From a virus: a stretch of DNA of 64,000 nt. The notes under the pieces are model-generated. The model had not been told where the DNA came from, ran no database searches, and saw only the letters and a program-made list of their open reading frames with translations. Shown piece after piece: positions 58,691 through 64,000 of the stretch. The translations under genes were made by a program, and so were the position numbers. How positions within the stretch are numbered: the stretch's first letter is position 1; every line of letters starts with the position of its first letter. The stretch lies in IMG/VR virus record IMGVR_UViG_2077657010_000001, positions 1-64,000 of that record; one strand, given 5' to 3'.

Positions 58691-59698
58691 ATGAAAACGC
58701 CTACGGTTAAGCCGGGCACATTCGAGTCTGATCCAAGAGACCAGCGTCGGGCAGTTGAAGATGTTTACAGTGAACCTGTATTAGAAACCCGTAACAATAT
58801 TACGGGAACGTCTGAAGAAGTTGAAAGTGCCAGTAGCTACATGTCTAGCATTGACTTTGATGTCGATGCTACTATGAAATCCATTACCGAGAATGTCGGT
58901 AAAGACAGTGGTGGTCTCACGTTTGATTTTACAGAAACGCGTAAGCGGATTGAAAGCGCAATGGGTGTCCCTGGTGTGTCAGCAGATATGGATATCATGC
59001 AGAAAAAATCCGTGGCTGATGCTATTGCTGACAACTCGGGTTATAACAGTAAGGTCGTCATTGATGGCGTCTCAACTGTTATCGATAAAGACATTGACAA
59101 CATGTCTGTATCGGATTTCGTAAGTACGGTTAATTCCGTATCGGGTAATAGTGAATTGGTTAAGGTCTTAGATCTTAGTGGCCAGGCGGCATTTGTAAAA
59201 GGCATGTCAGACGTTGCTATTGGTTGGGGTATTCCTGAGCTGCTAGATAAGTTGATTGACAATGTTGATGATGATACCGTTAAGCGTGAGATTAATCTAG
59301 AGAATCTGCTTAAGGTATCTAGACGTGGCGATCTTAACCAAGCTGTTCATATTGCTAGCAATCTCGGTAAATCAACGGTGTATGGTGTACACGGTGATGT
59401 CATTGAGTTATTGGTTAAGCGATATAAACGTCCTAAGAATACCAATAAGTCTGACACTGAATTGGGTGTGCAGTTGTTAGCGTTTTTCGAATGGATGAAC
59501 CCTAATTGGGATAAAGACCCTTACGATACAAATATCACCTGCTTAAAATTTTACGCGTTGGCAAACCCTATAGTGACTGAGCTACTTACCCACACGGATA
59601 AGTATTGCTACAGTGCGTTAGGTTCTACTATAAACATAGAACCTCCCAAATCAACAATAAACCGAATCATACCAGAGATGGTCGGGTTTGGCGAATAA
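58691..59698 (+). CDS. Hypothetical protein, possibly virion-associated
   Basis: SD AAGGAG; 335 aa. Confidence 0.7.
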   Translation: MKTPTVKPGTFESDPRDQRRAVEDVYSEPVLETRNNITGTSEEVESASSYMSSIDFDVDATMKSITENVGKDSGGLTFDFTETRKRIESAMGVPGVSADMDIMQKKSVADAIADNSGYNSKVVIDGVSTVIDKDIDNMSVSDFVSTVNSVSGNSELVKVLDLSGQAAFVKGMSDVAIGWGIPELLDKLIDNVDDDTVKREINLENLLKVSRRGDLNQAVHIASNLGKSTVYGVHGDVIELLVKRYKRPKNTNKSDTELGVQLLAFFEWMNPNWDKDPYDTNITCLKFYALANPIVTELLTHTDKYCYSALGSTINIEPPKSTINRIIPEMVGFGE

Positions 59699-59711
59699 AT
59701 AAGGAACAACA

Positions 59712-60476
59712 ATGTACGAGTTAGTATACGGCGATTTGACTTTCCACGTTTGTGAAAAGACCGATAAGATCAACCATGTATTGTATAAGTCTGAGCAAAT
59801 GCTGGACTTTAGTGATGAGACCGCATTTCACCCTGTCACCATTAAACCCCATCGTGATGACAACGAAGACTTTGCGGGCCTTAACTTCATTATCAACTTC
59901 ACGCGCAACCAGTCTATCATCGCGCAGTTCCGTGGGGTGGATGAGAACAGTGTGGCAGCGACTGCTAGCACCATGATCAAAATGGTTGAGTCACCTGCAG
60001 TCTTTTACAAAAAGATGCACAATGTCATCTCCAAGCCCATGCGTGACCGCTACCGTTTACTGTTGTCTGAATACGGTTTAGTATTGTCGCGTGACATGGA
60101 ACCTGAAAAACGTGATAAGCATACATCTGCTTTGCGTATCATTGCATCACTTGGAAGCACAGAGCATGCCGAGCTACTATCGGCCTATGAGAATGACGGT
60201 GATCTTATCAGTCTACTCGATAAGTATACGTCAGATGAACATTACCGCACACTGGCTCTTGACTTCCTTGAACTTTGTTACGGCATCGTCAATCGTGAAA
60301 AGCTCACGAATGAATGGTTAGATGCCTTCCGTCTCGGGGAAGTCATGGAGAACATGCTACCGGAGCCTAATGTAACAGTCGACGCCTACACCGCAGGTAT
60401 CATTACCCGTGAACAAACAGGTCTAAACGAATCCGTGCTAGACCAAATCGATAAGGCTAAAAACAACGGCGGTTAA
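59712..60476 (+). CDS. Hypothetical protein
   Basis: SD AAGGA. Confidence 0.75.
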   Translation: MYELVYGDLTFHVCEKTDKINHVLYKSEQMLDFSDETAFHPVTIKPHRDDNEDFAGLNFIINFTRNQSIIAQFRGVDENSVAATASTMIKMVESPAVFYKKMHNVISKPMRDRYRLLLSEYGLVLSRDMEPEKRDKHTSALRIIASLGSTEHAELLSAYENDGDLISLLDKYTSDEHYRTLALDFLELCYGIVNREKLTNEWLDAFRLGEVMENMLPEPNVTVDAYTAGIITREQTGLNESVLDQIDKAKNNGG

Positions 60477-60478
60477 AT

Positions 60479-60994
60479 ATGCTTGAACTGGCCACTGGCC
60501 GTGTTCATTTGTACCGCTATGGTGTATCTGGTTTAGGGTACCTGTTCTCAGATACCACCGCTAAATCATCAAAGCCTAACACCATCGGACATGCCCTTTC
60601 ACCTGATTGGGCGACGATGGTTGGCCCCTATAAGCGTGGTGAGATAGACGAATACGAATACGCGTACCGATACCTTACCATGCTGCATGAATTACCAGAT
60701 ACTATCTATGATGCATTAGAAGTCGCCTCCTCACAGGGGCGGCTTCGTATTATGCTGTTAGCGTGTTATTGTTCATGGCCTAAATTCTGTCATAGGCACT
60801 TAGCATGTCGGTATATTGCAGACCGTATAACCGATGCGTACTATACTGGCGAGGCCTATACCGTGGATAATTTTGAAGGGCCTCTATTATCACCACGAGA
60901 CAATGAACATGAGGCCTACATGGATGCTATTTACGAAGGAGTTATTAATGAAATCTGTCACTATCGATGGCCAGATTATACACCCGTCGGGTGA
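60479..60994 (+). CDS. DUF488-like protein
   Basis: LSPDW......K.G......Y..RY and LACYC....FCHRHL motifs. Confidence 0.7.
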   Translation: MLELATGRVHLYRYGVSGLGYLFSDTTAKSSKPNTIGHALSPDWATMVGPYKRGEIDEYEYAYRYLTMLHELPDTIYDALEVASSQGRLRIMLLACYCSWPKFCHRHLACRYIADRITDAYYTGEAYTVDNFEGPLLSPRDNEHEAYMDAIYEGVINEICHYRWPDYTPVG

Positions 60995-61511
60995 TGGTGT
61001 CGACCATTTAAACATATATAGTCGCAGTAAATCAGAGCTGGGTCGGTGGATGTCCAACTTCAGTGAAACGAACACATCGGCTGGACATGGGACATTTAGA
61101 ACACTTGAGGGGTATTACCACTACCTTAAGATTGTGCTGAGTGTCATCGATGATGATGCAAATCCTTTAAGTCAAAAAGCTTACGATGACATTAACCAAT
61201 ATTTGGTTGACATCAAATCTGTTGATGGCGTGACTGCTAAAAAGCTTGGTAGCACGATGCGCACTATCTGTGAAGCCAATGAAGTGTCGGTGATGCGAAA
61301 GCCTACTGCTGAAATGGAAGAATGGTTTACAGAGGCTGTTGAGCGTAAACTCAAAGATAACCAAGCCATGCTTGACCGCTTAAGAGACATCATTGAAGAT
61401 GGTGTACCTCTAACCCACTATTACGACTATGGTGATAGTGTTATCTACAAACCACATTTCAAGTGGTTGGTGGATGTTTATTACAATGCGATTAATAACA
61501 TAGGAGAATAA
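60948..61511 (+). CDS. NADAR-like phage protein
   Basis: NIYS....LGRWMSNF........G.F.TLEGYY..LK, G..AKKLG, KL..N; ATG after AAGGAG. Confidence 0.6.
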   Translation: MKSVTIDGQIIHPSGDGVDHLNIYSRSKSELGRWMSNFSETNTSAGHGTFRTLEGYYHYLKIVLSVIDDDANPLSQKAYDDINQYLVDIKSVDGVTAKKLGSTMRTICEANEVSVMRKPTAEMEEWFTEAVERKLKDNQAMLDRLRDIIEDGVPLTHYYDYGDSVIYKPHFKWLVDVYYNAINNIGE

Positions 61512-61514
61512 TTA

Positions 61515-62210
61515 ATGTCAATTTCACTGTTTGGGCTAAGCGAGTATGAATATATTGACTATAAGGACTTAGTTAAACTGAGAAGCCTTGCGGCGGCATA
61601 TCGCCGCAAGATACGTGAGCTAGGACGAAATAGTGGTACAGAAGAAGGGCTAGAACGTACTCGCTGTGCATACCTACGTCAACTCGAAAAGATGTATCGT
61701 AGTGTGTTGGTTAATAATGTACTTAACAGTGACCACATCGATAATACATACACAGCGCCATCTACTGCCGTAGAAGTTGATGGGGATGTCACCAAGCTGT
61801 ATAATTCAAACATTCTCACCCACCACCAATTGACAGTTAATGATTTTGGTAAAGGTAAGTTGATATCTGTAGATATACCATTTAAGGTTCATGGTGTGAT
61901 TGACTTTACTGTCAACCATCACAGTGATGATTATACTGGATATATCAGTGTACGGATGTTAGGTGTTTTGAATGTTAAGGGGTATTATAAAGATGCATTA
62001 AACGCCTATAAATCTGGTAGTGTATCTGCGATTGGCAGTTACTTAAAACACATCCACGAGGTTGATTGCCTTAACATCTTCGATATACCGGACATTTTCA
62101 CATTTGTCGGTGAAGAAGGTTATGAAAAGATTACAGCACTGTGTGATCCGCTGTATGCCTACTTCATGATCAATGACTTCACTATCAAATATGAAGACAT
62201 CGGCAAATAA
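61515..62210 (+). CDS. Hypothetical protein
   Basis: SD AGGAG. Confidence 0.7.
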   Translation: MSISLFGLSEYEYIDYKDLVKLRSLAAAYRRKIRELGRNSGTEEGLERTRCAYLRQLEKMYRSVLVNNVLNSDHIDNTYTAPSTAVEVDGDVTKLYNSNILTHHQLTVNDFGKGKLISVDIPFKVHGVIDFTVNHHSDDYTGYISVRMLGVLNVKGYYKDALNAYKSGSVSAIGSYLKHIHEVDCLNIFDIPDIFTFVGEEGYEKITALCDPLYAYFMINDFTIKYEDIGK

Positions 62211-62242
62211 AAAAGGAGGGGCGCATGCCCCTCTTTTTTTTT
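62209..62242. terminator. Bidirectional intrinsic terminator
   Basis: A-tract, GAGGGGC-GCAT-GCCCCTC, T9. Confidence 0.85.
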
Positions 62243-62245
62243 GTG

Positions 62246-64000
62246 TTACTCACCACGGTCTGGCAGTTTTGTAAATGCAGACAAACCACGTCCCACCCAG
62301 GTATTAGACAAGCTATTCGCATGTCTACCTGACATGAATGCAGACTTCCAAGATTGCTTCCACCGGTTAAGGTTGAATACTACCTTTTCGAGCGCATAAG
62401 TCATTTGGTGTAAAGACGCACCTCCAATCGTTGCCATGTAATCGGTGTATTTGTTATCATCGTCAAAGATACTTGGATCGCGTATAATCGGCATGTGCAT
62501 CGCACGCGACAAATCTCTGACGGTAATGGTCATCTCTGCCGCCAGCATCTTACCGTCCGGACGCCAACCCATATTACCTGTACCTCGAGTAAGCTGTATA
62601 CTCTCAATGATACCTGTACGAATTGCCATTCTTCCTTGGAAATAACACTCACACAACAACGGTGAGTTGTATGTTTGCTTACCTGTAGACATCGGTAACG
62701 CGCCTGCCAATCCTAATATAATTGGAAGGGTAATGTCTTGGAAGCGTGACAAGTCGTTTCCATAGGGGCCACCTAACGGAATTGTAAAAGACTCTGTGGC
62801 TGTTTCTGCTGTTGACGACTCATACACATCTTGGATATCTACATAGGAGCTTCCGTATATCGCCGCAAGTCCAGATATGTTGAGTGTCGACAATGCACCA
62901 CCCATGAAATCTTTTATCCCTGTTGTGATGGAGTCGATGAGATCAAAGCCAGTCTTACCACCAGATGTGGATGCATCAATCGACCGAGCTGTCGCTGACA
63001 TACTGTTTAACTTCTCAGCAATCTCCGGTTGTTTGGTGGTATTACTGAATGAGTCAGAGACAGAGTTGTTACCATTCACTCTGAATGTCACCCACTGGCC
63101 ACCATCTCTAAGTTCAGAGCCTAACGTATCACCCACGTCTTTAAAGTAGTTAAACATTGGGCCAAAGAAGCCAAAAATATCTTGATCTTCAGTAGGTTTA
63201 CCATCTTGTTGTTTACTTGCCTCCGACACTTTAGCAGAGATTTGCTCATCGGTAATACCCTCAGCCGACATCCCTTTGCTGAACTTTTCTTTCAATGCCT
63301 TATGCACATCAGCCTGCGCACGCTCTTCTGAGTCACTAACACGGTATGCTGGGTTAGACGCATACGCTTGAATGACATGATGAAGAGACATTTCCTTTTC
63401 ATCTATCTGCTGCTCCATGATAGATGTGTTTTTTGCCTGATTGATGTACTCATTCAGCATCCCTTGGAATTGCTCTTCGTTTGCTGAATTGCTATATAAG
63501 GATTCAAGTGTTTTGGCTTGATAGTTTGCAAGGATTTGGAAGCGGTTAATTGCACGGAATAGATCAAACTTACCGCTTGATTTCCATATATCTGGAAGCA
63601 TGCTATACACTTGCTCCATGTCTACCTTGCTTCCTTCCTCGCCTACTTCATTGTACCGGTCCTGACTAAACGGTTCCCACATGGGTAGCAGTTCTGCATA
63701 CATCAATTGGGTATCTGCCATCGCCTGTGCAGATTGTAAGTATAAGTTCATTGCAGGTTTGAGGTAAAAATACCTCGAGGTCTTTTTAGATGCAATATAA
63801 CCAAGCACCTTAGAGGATACCAGAAAGGGGATGATGACTGCTGCAGGCAGTGCCACAAACATCGCTGAAATACCTGCTATTTTACCTGCACCGCGCATCA
63901 ATGACGTATACTCACCACGCTTTGCTAGTATCGCCGCATCACGACTATACATGTTTGCAAAGAAAGGTACTGTCCCGGAGTATTTAGGGACACCCCACCG
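62246..64000 (-). CDS. Large conserved virion (baseplate/tail) protein, 5' end beyond the window
   Basis: Frame is open from 63952 to the window edge (RWGVPKYSGTVPFFANM); LP.STGKQ.Y.SP and GIIES..LTRGTGN.GW motifs recalled from phiKZ-like structural proteins. Confidence 0.75.
   Translation of the reverse strand, partial: RWGVPKYSGTVPFFANMYSRDAAILAKRGEYTSLMRGAGKIAGISAMFVALPAAVIIPFLVSSKVLGYIASKKTSRYFYLKPAMNLYLQSAQAMADTQLMYAELLPMWEPFSQDRYNEVGEEGSKVDMEQVYSMLPDIWKSSGKFDLFRAINRFQILANYQAKTLESLYSNSANEEQFQGMLNEYINQAKNTSIMEQQIDEKEMSLHHVIQAYASNPAYRVSDSEERAQADVHKALKEKFSKGMSAEGITDEQISAKVSEASKQQDGKPTEDQDIFGFFGPMFNYFKDVGDTLGSELRDGGQWVTFRVNGNNSVSDSFSNTTKQPEIAEKLNSMSATARSIDASTSGGKTGFDLIDSITTGIKDFMGGALSTLNISGLAAIYGSSYVDIQDVYESSTAETATESFTIPLGGPYGNDLSRFQDITLPIILGLAGALPMSTGKQTYNSPLLCECYFQGRMAIRTGIIESIQLTRGTGNMGWRPDGKMLAAEMTITVRDLSRAMHMPIIRDPSIFDDDNKYTDYMATIGGASLHQMTYALEKVVFNLNRWKQSWKSAFMSGRHANSLSNTWVGRGLSAFTKLPDRGE

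Noticed and set aside
1-64000. CRISPR array, tRNA, rRNA, IS element, intron or intein
   Set aside because: No regularly spaced repeats, cloverleafs, transposase or homing-endonuclease motifs seen by eye; tRNAscan-SE and Infernal were not run

Overview
This is a 64-kb segment of a phiKZ-like jumbo myophage (Chimalliviridae-type). The assignment rests on a block recognised from motifs and recalled gene order (no search was run): a split virion RNA polymerase beta-subunit fragment, UvsX recombinase, RNase H, DEDDh exonuclease, SbcC/Rad50 ATPase, central spike and conserved virion proteins. Bases 1-15 kb are mostly small + strand accessory genes. Bases 15-34.4 kb are a minus-strand operon of five paralogous tail fibres, three fibre chaperones and a GH108 endolysin. 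Highlights: (1) fibre and virion proteins carry domains resembling animal extracellular-matrix or lectin modules, namely one dermatopontin/amoebocyte-aggregation-factor repeat as a fibre tip and three thrombospondin C-terminal-like domains; (2) a six-copy promoter motif TYRGRYATATATCAY-N5-TG, two copies of which sit in a 73-bp promoter plus double-hairpin leader duplicated 21.7 kb apart; (3) a ~270-bp non-coding polypyrimidine and multi-hairpin element at 37.26-37.53 kb (origin or ncRNA candidate); (4) orphan DarG-like macrodomain, NADAR-like, DUF488, SLOG and MazG-like genes; (5) a signal-peptide lytic transglycosylase behind a putative early promoter. No tRNA, rRNA, CRISPR array or transposase was seen. 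Several starts were moved from the ORF track to the codon that follows a Shine-Dalgarno (SD) site.
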